A stretch of 49,825 bases of DNA from Catajapyx aquilonaris. Taxonomy: Eukaryota. The stretch covers positions 1 to 49,825 of the forward strand of contig KZ538748.1 in NCBI GenBank assembly GCA_000934665.2, written 5' to 3'. Below are positions 13,698 through 25,630 of the stretch, in pieces. The translations under genes and the position numbers were made by a program. How positions within the stretch are numbered: the stretch's first letter is position 1; each line of letters opens with the position of its first letter. The notes beneath the pieces were generated by a model. The model ran no database searches. It worked only from the letters and a program-made list of their open reading frames with translations, and was not told the DNA's origin.

Positions 13698-14415
13698 GTC
13701 AGTGTTTGTAGCGTTGCGTGTGGACAGGGCTGTCCATGCTTAACTCCCCATTTTGCCCGGTAGCTGTCAGGATGTGGATTGTCTTGTGTTCAGAATTTTG
13801 GTGCTAAGCTGATTTTTAATAAGCATGTGTATGAGGCCGTCAAAAAATACTGAGAATATTAGAATGAATTTCAAGCATCCTTTTATGCACTGAATGCTTT
13901 TGTTGTACTTAATAGTAGCAGTAACGTTAGCTGCCTCTGGAAGTAACAGTAACTGCTTGCAAAAGCAGACTAGTACCAAAATTGTGGTGAGCATTGAGGC
14001 AATTGACTTATGACATCCTGATTATGTGTACAAGCATTCATCTTTTATTTCCAAAAGTTAATTAGGCTCTATTCTTTGGATGGGGAATTGAGCGTGGATC
14101 AAATGGTGTGATGGTTTGGAGTTTCTCACATGTTCTGTCACCAACTAACTTCAAGGAGTGGATTAACACAACCTAACTGACAGTGCGTAGTACGTGTTTG
14201 TTGTGCAGAAACCTGAGCGACTGTTGTGGGTCGGCTTTTGCTAAACTCCCTCACCTGAGTAGCAATGACAAACGACTTTACCATGGCTGTGGTGTGATTT
14301 GGGGAAGGGAAATGATCGATGGCGACAGGTTTGCTTGTCATCCATCATGCAGAGGTGTCCCTTACTCTTTTGTTGCCAGAGCCTTGTTGCACACTGCTCT
14401 CCCAACTTTTTCCAG

Positions 14416-14676
14416 CAGAGACCTCTGACCCGCTACTTGCCTGTGCGCAGCGACGATTTTGATCTCCGCCAACACATAGAGACGGCAGGGCATCAGATAG
14501 AGCTGTGTGCACATGTCGTGGTGACTGCCACAGCTTGTCGTGGATACCTGCAGAAGATGGGTTCCAAATTCCACACATGGAACAAGCGGTGGTTTGTGTT
14601 TGACCGCAACAAGCGGACTCTCATGTACTATCTGGACAAGACTGAGAAGAAGCCTAGAGGTGGAGTGTACTTTCAG
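14416..14676 (+). CDS. PHLDB: PHLDB/LL5-family exon: QRPLTRYLPVRSDDFDLRQHIETAGH motif and first half of the PH domain
   Basis: QRPLTRYLP...CRGYLQKMGSKFHTWNKRWFVFDRNKRTLMYYLDKTEKKPRGGVYFQ matches the known PHLDB1/2 C-terminus. Acceptor tttttccag|, donor CAG|gtgagg, 261 nt. Confidence 0.96.
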
Positions 14677-14885
14677 GTGAGGATTTTTGTCACTGATCCT
14701 TGTAGGAATTTCATATTCATGGCATGCAGGACTTGGCCTTGTGGATGTGATACACTCCGTAGGCAGAAGGCAACAAGGCCATTGTTTACAATCCTTGAAC
14801 CATGCACATTTTATTGCTTGTCACCTCATACAACACATACTTAACACTTCTTGTAACATTGTCTTTTTTCTGTGACTTGTTTTAG

Positions 14886-15074
<189 letters not shown>

Positions 15075-15549
15075 TCATTGGGATTTGAAACATTTGGTCT
15101 TGACCTCTTGGCACTTGCCTTTATGTCTCCTTGAAGCCACCAAAGATGGTTTTCTTGTTCTCTCTTTGGTCCAGAATGTATATGAGGAAGGAAGCTCAGG
15201 TGAGAGGGACTTTGAACTTGTTGGGGTCCCTTTTTCCCCACTCAGGGTTTAGGGATTTTTGGTTTCTGCCTTGCAAAAGGGGATGCCAGATTTTCACAAG
15301 TTCGGAAGTTTGTCTCTTTCTCAGACACCGAGCCTCTATAAATTGTCTTCCAACATCCGCTTCCCAGTCACTTGCTTTCAGTCTGAAAGCAAGCTGTAAT
15401 GTGCTGGTGCTGCGAAAAAGGTGCAAAGGAATGTATACATGTTAACCTGTAAATATATTTTGTACCTTTGCTGTTAGAGACTGCATTGCACAGAGGGTAA
15501 GAAATATTATACGAGTACTACTCTAGATTTGACAGCTATAACCATTCAA

Positions 15550-15555
15550 ATTAAA
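15550..15555 (+). terminator. Candidate polyadenylation signal (ATTAAA) of the PHLDB-like gene
   Basis: About 480 nt after the stop and followed by a T/GT-rich tract. Confidence 0.4.
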
Positions 15556-16256
15556 CTCTTTTTAGTCAGTCATGTAGCACTGAGTTGTGTTTGTCTTGAA
15601 CCGTTTGGACTAGGTGGTTGTGTGGCAGCGGACAAGACTAGGTTTTGCGAACGTCATATTTTATTTAGTTGTCATAATCATTGGCGCAGTGTGAGTCTTG
15701 ATGTGCTTTTGTGTGAAATGTTTAGCGGTAGTTTTATCCTGCAGCAACAATGACACTGAGTGCCAAATGAATAGGAGTTTAAACCAGTATGACTTATGCA
15801 TCATGGTACTAGCTTTTGATTGTGGGCACCATTCAATTGGGCATGAACTGTTATGACCCTCTTTATATGAGCATTTGAATAGCAAAATGTGTGACGCGCT
15901 CACATGAGTGGTGCCCTTCTACATCATGTTTCACCAGTTCCTATTCATAGTGTCAAATTTGTAATGCTACTTGAATCTCCAACTATTTGAGAAGAAAAAA
16001 TGTCAGCGTTGGTTACAGGGTATTATCCCCCTTCATTCCAGTGATTTAGAGCCAGTTTCAGCATCTGTTGTAGGATGAGAGTATGTGTGTGCGCGCTTAG
16101 TTTTTACCTTGCTTGAGACAAGGACAAGCCTTGACCCACTAAAGTAGTGTTGCTTTCTTGCCAACTAAAATGGGTCCCAGTTTGTAATCTTTTCTGAAAA
16201 GGTGTGTAACTCAATGCTGCCAAAATGTGCTCCTAGGGGTATGCCACTTGTTCAAA

Positions 16257-16262
16257 TTTATT
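16257..16262 (-). terminator. Candidate polyadenylation signal (AATAAA) of the serine protease gene
   Basis: tttatt on + strand, about 320 nt downstream of the protease stop. Confidence 0.45.
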
Positions 16263-16584
16263 GGTCCTAGACAACAGGAATGGCATTTGCTCATATTGGC
16301 ACATGTATGTTTTAACAATACTGAAGGTACTGAATAATAATTGTCTTGCAGCTTGGATTGTCAAAGCAAGAAAATATGATTTTGTCATAACCTGATACTG
16401 TTGTTTTTCTCCCATTTTCTTCCTGACTTTCGCCTCACTCGATTTGATTTCAGGTGTGGTACGTACATCGTCTTTTCTCAAGCTGCATGTTGCCAGAGGT
16501 CTTAGAGTCAAGTCAGCTAGTGGGACCTCGGGCCTGCACAAGTCAGACTAGAAATTCTCACATCACATAGGTTTGGCACTTGGA

Positions 16585-16740
16585 TCAGACTGTGGTTTGG
16601 CGCACCCAATCCGTGTATTTGGACACTCTGGTGTAGACTCCAATTAGATTGGGCCGAGCGCATCCATATCCTGCCGAGATGATTCCGACAACTGAGAACT
16701 GGTCGCCCTTCTGCTGCAGCAGCGGTCCACCACTGTCAGC
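16585..16740 (-). CDS. Trypsin-like S1A serine protease, terminal exon with catalytic Ser ([51 protein letters not shown])
   Basis: Acceptor tactttgcag|, 52 codons ending TGA, DSGGP and GVYTRVS..W motifs, phase 0 matches the previous exon. Absent from the ORF track. Confidence 0.95.
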   Translation of the reverse strand, partial: ADSGGPLLQQKGDQFSVVGIISAGYGCARPNLIGVYTRVSKYTDWVRQTTV

Positions 16741-18601
16741 CTGCAAAGTAGAACACATACATCACTACACTAATTGAAATGGTCAGGTATGGAATTTAGT
16801 GTAGTTAGAAGTAGCTCGCCTGTGAGTTTGTCTCTAGGTGTGTGGATAAAGACCACTGCATATTGCCACAAGAGCCCATAATTTGGGTAATGACAGCTAT
16901 GGCGTACACTAATATTCGAGGCCAAATCAGTAGGCAAACTTTGTTCTGCATGACGCCCAGCATGGGTGGGCCTGAATTTGTTTTGCGGCCTCGTTCAAAT
17001 ACGCCCCAGGAGTTGTTTTTTTTCCTGGTGTAGCCTCCCCTTGCGGAATACAATCCAGTTCAAATAATCAGGTTGGAAACAAACAAACCCGGCACTAGCC
17101 CACTTTGATATCCCACAGTACACCCTGTTCTTCCAACAGCGATTCTGTTGATGCAATCTGGTTTTCCCCCCTGCTTGTTAATAACATGTTGCGTGTATTG
17201 AATAACGCCAAAACTAATAATGGATTATGGCCATCAATATGATTTTAATTTAGCAGTCAATCACGTGTAAATGTGACAAATCGATTCATAATCCCTGTAA
17301 TGCTCTCCCACTGCTCGTTAGGTGGGGGATCCGTCACCTAAAGGATATTCATAATGTGGATTAAGGGGAATTATCCCTGGTACTAATTGGGGTTTTTTGG
17401 TACAGCCGGGTTGGTCGAGAGGGAAGTAATTGATGAACGTGCGTGATTGCTCCGATAGCAGTAACACATGGGGAAAGTCCGTACACTTTTCGTTGTGTCT
17501 AGCTCCATCGGAAAATGTAGACGTTTTGGATGTCCCCGTAGGAACTCCATTCGCAGCCAATTTCCGTGCGTGATGAATTGCACCCGAGGGTACTTCTATT
17601 CATTTTGTTGCGTCCACGCCTGTTTATTCCGGGGGACGTCCCTTAAGCCTCCAGTATATTTTCCAACACCCCGGCAGGAGCCCTCCCCAAAAAGCCATTA
17701 TCAACGTCACGAGTTATGCGTTGATATTTTTTTTTTCTCTGTAGCCGCCAACCCCTGGTCCCCGATATGTGCAGTGTCCCCAGGGCTGCATACATGCACA
17801 AAAAAACGAGGACTAGAGATTTACGTCCTTTCATTAACGCAAGAGCCGATGCTTACATGTCGACAAGGGCCAGCGAAAAATTGCATTCTTGACAAAGTAT
17901 TTTTAATTCCTGCGAGGTTGCAGTTGCACCGCTGCACCACTAGCCCTTATCCTGACATTGCACCACTCTTCACCCCCTAGGTCCCTACCAGGGCCTGCAC
18001 TAGATCTAGGGGGATTGGCCAAGCGGATTGACTGAGGTAGACTCCAACAGAGTTTAATTGCTCCCGGTCGGCTTTTGTGCCTGGTCGGCAGCCTCGTAAA
18101 GGATTCCCCCAGGTGAATGGATGGATCATGGCCCAAATACACGCTAGATTGATGGGATAGGAAGAGGCGGGACCCCGGGAGATTCCAATCCCTCCAGTCT
18201 AAGACACCCAAGTAATCGGTTTTGGTGTTTTTCTCTCAGGTCCCGGGACAGTGTCATGTCGAGTAGGCAGCATACAGTGCAGGAAAAGCGAACAGGTGTA
18301 ATCCATCAGTATCTGAAAGCCCTTCATTAGCCCTTGCGTTTCTTTTGGGACACCATGTGCGCAGGTGCGTGCCGCGCGTCTCATCGATTTGTCAATAAGA
18401 TAAGACCACCCGCAAAATGTATCGATGCCCTAAGTATGCCCCAGATAATTTGTACCCAACATTGATCCTGTCAATATGAAATTATGGGCGTAAGTCCCAA
18501 AAACCGGTTTTTGAGATAGTCCAAAAATTTACTGGCTCATTATGAAACTTGTGGTCAGCCCCCGGACACTACCTCTACGAGTCTACGTTCTTATCTCATC
18601 G

Positions 18602-19193
18602 CCTGCCGGGGCGTTTTGCAGGTGCTCACCTGAGAGCGCCATGAGACCTTTCACGGAGCAAATATGTGGCGACCCTACCGGACTAGGCTGAACTTGATAG
18701 GTACAGTAGGTACAAAAGGGAAGCTCTACATGCGGGCCCAACATGGTCGCCGGCGGCCATGTTGGGCTAGCATGTAGCGCTTCCCTTTTGTACAGTCTAT
18801 AAAGTTCAACCTAGTCCGGTAGGGTCGCCACATATTTGCTCCGTGAAAGGTCTCATGGCGCTCTCAGCAGGGGCGGATCCAAGGGGGGTCACGGGGGTCA
18901 TGACCCCCCCCCCCCCCCAATCGTGGAAAGTGAAATATTTTCTAAATTTTAATCTGCAAATTAGGATGATTTTTTTGGAAAAAGTGCTACCAGTTTCATC
19001 AAATACTGTCCACACCCATTCAAACCTCCCACATTCACCTAAGCTCGTGTGACCTTGAATCCCCCCAAAAATTTCGCCTGCGGCGCTCTTGCTGCCCGCC
19101 ATTTGCGACTTATGCCCCCGCCCCGCCCCGCNCGAAAGTCTGGATCCGCCCCTGGCTCTCAGGTGAGCACCTCCTGCAAAACGCCCCGGCAGG
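18602..19193. mobile_element. Palindromic (foldback) non-autonomous element with ~150-bp arms centred at 18751/18752; right arm interrupted by a second element
   Basis: 18602-18751 is the near-perfect reverse complement of 18752-18867 plus 19163-19193. Confidence 0.85.
18868..19154. mobile_element. hAT-like MITE (287 bp) with 14-bp perfect TIRs and 8-bp TSD GCTCTCAG
   Basis: TIR caggggcggatcca...tggatccgcccctg; gctctcag at 18860-18867 and 19155-19162. CAG termini with an 8-bp TSD are typical of hAT. Confidence 0.9.
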
Positions 19194-20032
19194 GGGTAGG
19201 GGGTAGTGTCCAGACCGTAGTATTCTATGACCATGTAATGTACGCAGGCTTATCCTGGGAGTTAGCTAACCCAAGTGCCTCTCTTGTCTCACGTATTACC
19301 TACCTTCCAGGGGCACTGTCTGGCCGGATGGGAAACAACCGGATTTAAATGGAAGTTATATAGAACTCTGGTGGCAAAACCCTTGACTGTACCTACGTAG
19401 CCCTGCACTGTAGACGAACACAAACCGGTTTCTCCCCTTTTTTGTACCAAAAGTTCTAGAGTCCCCAGGATTTCCTTCCCTCACTGTGAGGCTCTTCCCC
19501 AATCTTTGGCCCACGCCCCGCCTTCGGATTAATTAGATCAAGAGTCGAGCTTCCGACTTGACAGCCTGGCTCTTCCTTTTTAGGGGGGAAGGCGGTCGGA
19601 GGGAAGGAAGGGGAGGGGAAAGAGGAAGGATGAAAAAGTGCGTTTCGTGTCGCACTGCAGTCAGCGCCGACTCCTTATTCTGTTCAACTTCATGACAACA
19701 TATCTTGGGCACTAACCCGCCTCATTCGGCTAATATACACACACTCTCGAACTGAAAAGAGGGACATATGTTCACTCAACTTTTGATCCCACTGCCGGCG
19801 CCAAATCCCCTGCCGGGGTAATGTAATTAAACTAATGAAAAAAAAGGGGGGGGGGGGGAGGTCCAACAGTTTTGCTTATCTCGGGCGTACATTAAGCCGG
19901 AGCGAGGTTTTCGTCGACGACAGTCGTACGGAACGTCCATGCAGATGAGTGCAAATTGAACCCCTAGGGCCAGTCGAGTGTAATACGCTTCTCGGTTCCT
20001 CCCCAAGTATGTATGTAAATTCATGTACTTAC

Positions 20033-20187
20033 GGCACATGCGTCCATACCGCCTTGCTTGTATCCTGCGCATAGTTGGGTTTCTCGAAGCGAGATGGACT
20101 TGCCCTCCTGACGGTACCATTGCAAGCACATGCTGTTGTCCACCACCGGTACGCTGACTTTTCGTAGAACGTTAGCTCGCCGACCGC
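20033..20187 (-). CDS. Serine protease exon (GRRANVLRKVSVPVVDNSMCLQWYRQEGKSISLRETQLCAGYKQGGMDACA)
   Basis: Acceptor ttgattgcag|, donor GCC|gtaagt, 2+51x3 nt; LCAG and DAC (Asp189) motifs. Confidence 0.95.
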
Positions 20188-21614
20188 CTGCAATCAAATT
20201 TTTTTGTGTAAAAAAAAAATCCGCAAAAAATTTTGTAGAGCCGTCTGAGCACAAAGGAAGAAATGTGTATGGTCATTAGAAGTGGCGTCGGCGCCTTTAG
20301 CCTTGCGGAGAAGACTCATGTTAGCTGTCCCAGCGGGAAATGATTATTACCCGCCATTGTGCAGCGGGGATCTACGGAAATAGCACGCTTCCGCCGGAAC
20401 ATTTTACCTTTTCCTTCCTGCTCCTGTGCGGATTCATTTCCAACCCGACCCAGATTTTAGTGGGGGACTTTTGAGCTCCAACGTTATCTCTCTTATGCAT
20501 TTTCCAGCTGGGGTTATTTCATACCTATTTGGGGGAACCGGGATGGGCAACGGGGCATGTCACTGGGGCCACCCAATCATATGGAGTTTGCAAAGAACAT
20601 TTTGGCTGGGCCAACCCTGTTGTGAAACGTGTTGGGGCTCTGATAACTATCATTATTTAATTTGAACAATGCGCATGATAGAATGGCAGGTTATTAATTA
20701 TATTTTGTGAACCGTAATGTCCCTGCGGCGTGTACGGTATTTTTAGTCATCAAATTGGGAATTAAACTGGCGGTTCTGGGGGAACGCGTATTTAAAAATT
20801 CATCCTGCCGAAGCGATACCGAAATTATCCATGTCGAAAAAGTCGATACCATTTGTCATATCAGCACAAGAGTTGGATTTTGTATAGGACCCGGCAACTT
20901 CCCCCCCTGCATTATAGAATTCCATTGTTTTTTCCATCAAAAAAGCTTTCATGACGCCCATGTAACGATAGCATTCATTAGGCATAACTTGCTATACTCA
21001 TGGATTTAGTATCAATCTGGATTAGCCCTTGAGAGCCCACGCATTATATCGACTGGCAGCAGCCTGGTTTGCGGTAAAAGGGGGCCAAAAAATACATGGA
21101 GTCTAATTAGGAATAGCGACAAAGTAGTGTAGTAGTGAATGTCGTCAGGGCTTCTGGGAATTAATAGGGATACGCTGAAAAAGAGCCTTTTGCTATGTGC
21201 ATATACGGGGAGTGCTACATGCGATTAGTCCGGATTCGACCCCTCTGCACTGAGGCTGCATGTACTGTAGGTCCATCTTGCAATCAGGCAAGGCAAGCCA
21301 TTGGTCGTTACGGCGAGGAAGTAATTAGCGAAGGCTTGTATAAACTGTCCCGCGTCCTTTGGGTGATTGAGTTTGCTGGAGGGAAATGAGGTCGGTGGTA
21401 GTACTCAGGGTGTTACACGAGACTTGACCGGGATGTTGCTCTGGGTTGATGTTGCCATGACTTTTAATAAAGGGAACAGGCTGTCTTCAATCTTGTGGTT
21501 GTTAAGGGTTTCATTTTCTTATGTAATTAGTCTGGAGAAGCCAAATCTAATTTGGTTTGAAATAACTTGGCCTTAATTGGAAAGGGGATGCTATTGGCAT
21601 TGTTGTAGGCTCAC

Positions 21615-21883
21615 CATTGCTGAGCTCGTCGGTGAAGCCCCATCCAGCTATGAGAGTTTTGCCGTCTAGCTCCTCCGTGTCAGGAAGACAGGCGGGTCTG
21701 ACAATGTCTGACCACTGGACATCCTTGTCCAGCCGAAGCAGGGCAATGTCGTCGTGAAGCTTAGGCGGCAGGTAGGCCGGATGTAAAATAATAGCCTCCA
21801 CTCCGACCTCTTCAGATGCTGGTATTTCCCGCGCCCTAAGGTCATACGCACCGGTCACTACCTGCACCTGGTTTTCAGTCCGC
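21615..21883 (-). CDS. Serine protease exon with catalytic Asp (HDDIALLRL...RPACLP...IAGWG)
   Basis: Acceptor tttcttttcag|, donor G|gtgagc, 1+89x3+1 nt, phases match both neighbours. Confidence 0.96.
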
Positions 21884-22593
21884 CTGAAAAGAAATTCGCA
21901 CTTAGATGATCCTGAACCTTCCTTTCTAAAGGCGGGTGAGATCGAAATATATAGCGGACAATAAATCTCGCGAGCCTGAATCGCGGCCCACGAAACCTCG
22001 TAGGGAGTCTAGCTTGACACCTTATGCATACAAGCCTATTCAAACAGGCGAGAGTTCTTCCAGTCTCTGAAAGCATCGCATGTTGTGGAAGACAGAGGTA
22101 AATGGCTTTTGTCATAATTGAATGGAGCTCGCTGCTTGATGTAGGGTAGAACCACTTGTAAACAACATTAAAGTTAATACACGTCGGATAGATTCGCCTC
22201 AAAGTTATGGCTGTCTTTTAGGGGGGGGGTAAATTATTTTGAGCATTTTCGTCTCGATTTGAGTGCTCTTTTACTCTAAACACTTTTCGGGGATATTTAT
22301 TACAACCAGTTTTACTTTTGCAGTGAATTTGAATTTCTAATATATTTTGTTCATGCTATGTTGACGCTATGTACTGGCCAGTTACACTAACCTTTCTAAC
22401 CGTCTGTTTGCTAACTCCATGTCGCTGCTACCTTGACCTCTCCGGTGCAGGGATGTCACAATGCACTTCCCCCCAGCGAGATGTACCGCAACCATTACCG
22501 AACTAATTGACGTAACTAGTTTTGGAGCAATTTTCTGCCGCACCGCTGCACACAAAGTAGTGGAGCGAGCCGGACAGAGTGGTGATGCATTAC

Positions 22594-22786
22594 CTGTTGA
22601 AGCAGTGTGCAGCCGACAAGACGTATCTCCGATGCAGCAGTACTCCCCCACACAGATGCATCCCGTCAATCTTGAGGGACACAACCCATGGAAACTCTCC
22701 TCTGAGGGTCCTGGAACCACCCACTATCTTGGCCAACCTGCTCGGACTCGTCCGGAGCGACTGCAGCCCGCACGGGACGTCCGCCA
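22594..22786 (-). CDS. Serine protease exon with activation site (RLAK|IVGG) and catalytic His (LSAAHC)
   Basis: ADVPCG...AKIVGGSRTLRGEFPWVVSL...CGGVLLHRRYVLSAAHCFN; acceptor ttggcag|, donor AG|gtaatg, 193 nt. Confidence 0.96.
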
Positions 22787-23350
22787 CTGCCAATAGTATT
22801 GTACACCTCACCACGGATTATTGCGTGAAGAGCCTGCCTCACACGGGGCTGATGAAGATTTCAAACCGGGTCGCGTGTTGCAAAAAGGGGTATGAATGAT
22901 TCATGGCGAAAAGGACTGGTTGTCATTCAGCACGAGTGGCATCTTAGGACGTCCGGCCTGATTATTTCAAGAGCCGCGTGACCAATGAACACTTACGGTT
23001 GAGGGCTGCGGCTAGTTGGACCAAGCTGAGAAGCGGGTAAAGTGTCATGGCGGCTATTTTCAGAACGACTGTCACTCTCGGTTGGTTTTGGTGTATTTAA
23101 AGGATCAGTATGGCCTTTTTGCTTTCAAGGCTGCGCTTCCATATGCATGGCGTATGACAGGGAAAGTTGCTTTTGTGGGTCTAGTTCAGATAGACAAGAG
23201 AAATGAGGTCTATGTTAGGTTATGTCACCCACTTTTAGGGGGATGTCCCCGTTTTGTAATTTTTCGTAACGCACTGTGAGCTGACCTCGAGTCATTCAGA
23301 TTGACCTACTAACCCCTTGCATTGTTGTCCGTCAGTTGGCTGGCCCTTAC

Positions 23351-23440
23351 CTGGAACTGATTGAAGGCAATCTGGGGGTGGCGACACTTTCTTTGTGTCC
23401 TTTCTGTGAACTTGCCCCTGCACTGGCCAATCTTGTTCCG
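23351..23440 (-). CDS. Probable pro-region exon of the serine protease (EQDWPVQGQVHRKDTKKVSPPPDCLQSVP)
   Basis: Acceptor attgctgcag|, donor CAG|gtaagg, 90 nt phase 1-1, joins in frame to exon 22786. Confidence 0.65.
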
Positions 23441-24480
23441 CTGCAGCAATGACACACATTTTCACTTTCAATGGTATTGCGCAGTTGACATTGAAATTAC
23501 GGTGCATTTGCCTGGCACGTGCCCCCATAATGAAGGGATTAAGGTGAAGGCTGGACTTTATTTTATTTTTATTTTTATTTTTAAATATGACGAATCACCA
23601 CCATGTTGTGCACGAATAGAGCTGCAAAAGAGAGCCGAAGCGCCAAATTGGATTTGGCGTGTTTATTACCTCTGCTGGATAAGTTCGGATAGCCTTTGTG
23701 GCACTCCTCCGATCATGAATGTTGTTGCGATTCAAAGGGCACATGTACTGAGGGATCAAACGGCAGTTGCGCCACACCCACCTTGTACTGATTTACTATA
23801 GGTACATGCTTGGAGCAGTCGAAGTTATGTCATCCTTGGCTGTTTCGGTCCAAACGACTGCATAATCCATTGGTACGTTCCTTTGTGAGCAAGCAAAACG
23901 GGGGCTTTTGTTCAATTCATGTCACTCTCCTGGACACCATACAAATGCAGACAGTTGGCTCCCGGAACTGGAGATGCAGTCAAAGCCAGGGCGCAAATTA
24001 TGTTAACGAACTTAATTCCCATTTCCATTTAATTAATATAGGTTGCGCCCGGTCCTACGCCTCCTTTCTTTCTCTGCCCCGAGCAACTAATGCTGAAAGG
24101 CAACACCATTTTATTATCGGCCACTCGATCTTGTTATCCGGGAGGGATTGGCCGTTTTCATGTTTCAAAATGCATTTGCCTCCCGAATATGAGCGGCACG
24201 TACTATGCAGAGAGATGGTTTCGATTTTTACAGTTGCAGCCGAACTATATGCCGCTTAGGGCTAGTGATTACCGAAGAGGCAAAGGGATGGTGGCTACAG
24301 TGAGAGACCCTTTCTTTCTAGCTAGGACTAACTTGGCAACCACTCGGAGTATGTAATGTGGGCAAATATTGTTCGGTTTTGTCAGTTGCTTTGTATGTAA
24401 GGAAAAGGATCCTTTTGCGTGAAATAAACTTGGGCGAGTTTAATTCGGACGAGGTAAGCAAAACTGGGAGGAACAGTTGA

Positions 24481-24616
24481 CTGCGTCATTCTGGGACCAG
24501 GAATATCCATGTGTCATTATTCAGTGCTTTACGGGGACTGCGGAATCAAATATCGCCTAAACATACTAGATGGGAGGGGGATGAGAGAACAGGGTTGCAA
24601 TGTGTATGGTCAATGT
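24481..24616. repeat. Diverged direct repeat, copy 1 (partner ~27249-27405)
   Basis: ctgcgtcattctgggaccagg...tgtcattattcagtgctttacggggactgcggaatcaaatatc aligns with ctgcgctattctgggacaagg...tgtcgttattcggtgcttttacggggttgcggaatcaaatatc. Confidence 0.75.
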
Positions 24617-24727
24617 CGAGCAAATTGCCAACATACTGTGAGCCTGCAAAACAAACAAACAACGAATGGCTATTCAGCAGTAGGCTTTAATCCAGTGCTT
24701 TAATTTCAAGTCGGATTTGAAAAGATC

Positions 24728-25026
24728 TTATAAATACAGCGGAGAAGTTATCGCATATTTATAGTAGCAAGCCTGAGCCAGCTCCGAAAATATGATTTCC
24801 TGAATTGGAGGACCGTCCACGAAGAGGGCGGTGTCCTCAACCAGGTCCTCGGGGGCTGAGGTATCTTCGTGTTCCTCCGAGGACTCCCACTGCACACTCT
24901 CATTGTTGTCCTCTGCTTGCCCCTGAGTCTCTCCCCTCTTGCAGGCCTTCTTGATATGGCGGAACATGGAGTGCAAAAAGTACGCCGAGGGCAAAAAAAA
25001 AAAAAAAAACCTAGGCCAAAAGCCAT
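24728..25026 (-). CDS. Small hypothetical protein, paralog A (hydrophobic N-terminus, acidic tail); the ATG frame is broken by 1 nt in an A17 run (assembly error or pseudogene)
   Basis: MAFGLGFFFFF/LPSAYFLHSMFRHIKKACKRGETQGQAEDNNESVQWESSEEHED...IIFSE...*. ATG and leader align with those of the 28771-29043 ORF. Confidence 0.5.
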
Positions 25027-25630
25027 TATGACAAATTTCGAATGCGTCCCCTCTGTGTTGAGAGCTCGACCTGGTCTGAGGTGCAAGAATGCTATGTTGA
25101 CGACCGTTGTTGATTGTCAACACTCTAGCTGTTAGCATTCTGATTGTTCTAAACAACTGAATCTCGCTCGGAGGACAGCGCTGAACAATGGAATACGCAG
25201 AGGAAGTACCTTATTGGGACTCCACAATTTATCGATAGTGAACTAATCGATCAATACTAATTGCTTGTGTGTTATTGATTTTGATCGCGTTCCAATTGAA
25301 GTATCAATTTCAGTTATCGATTTTTTTGCACTGTTGGGCTTATTTTCAAGCAGTTTGTAAGCAGTTGGTTTTTAAATGGCTGCTTGGTGATTGCATGACA
25401 ACTGAGCCAAAATGGAATATTTGGTATATAGCTTGACCCTCTATAATTTTGGTTATGAAATAAGTGAAAAATAAATCATGGCTGCTTATATTAGTTGTGA
25501 TGTCAAAGAACAAACATCAGATATGCTGCAATAATTGTAATGAAATAGAGATTGCTAAGTTAGATATTTATTAAATGTATATTTAAATGAAAGATTAAAT
25601 TATGAGAAAGATATCGCATTTTCAAGTATA

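Noticed and set aside
18806..19348. ORFs of 69-142 aa
   Set aside because: Overlap the nested MITEs; no transposase motifs.
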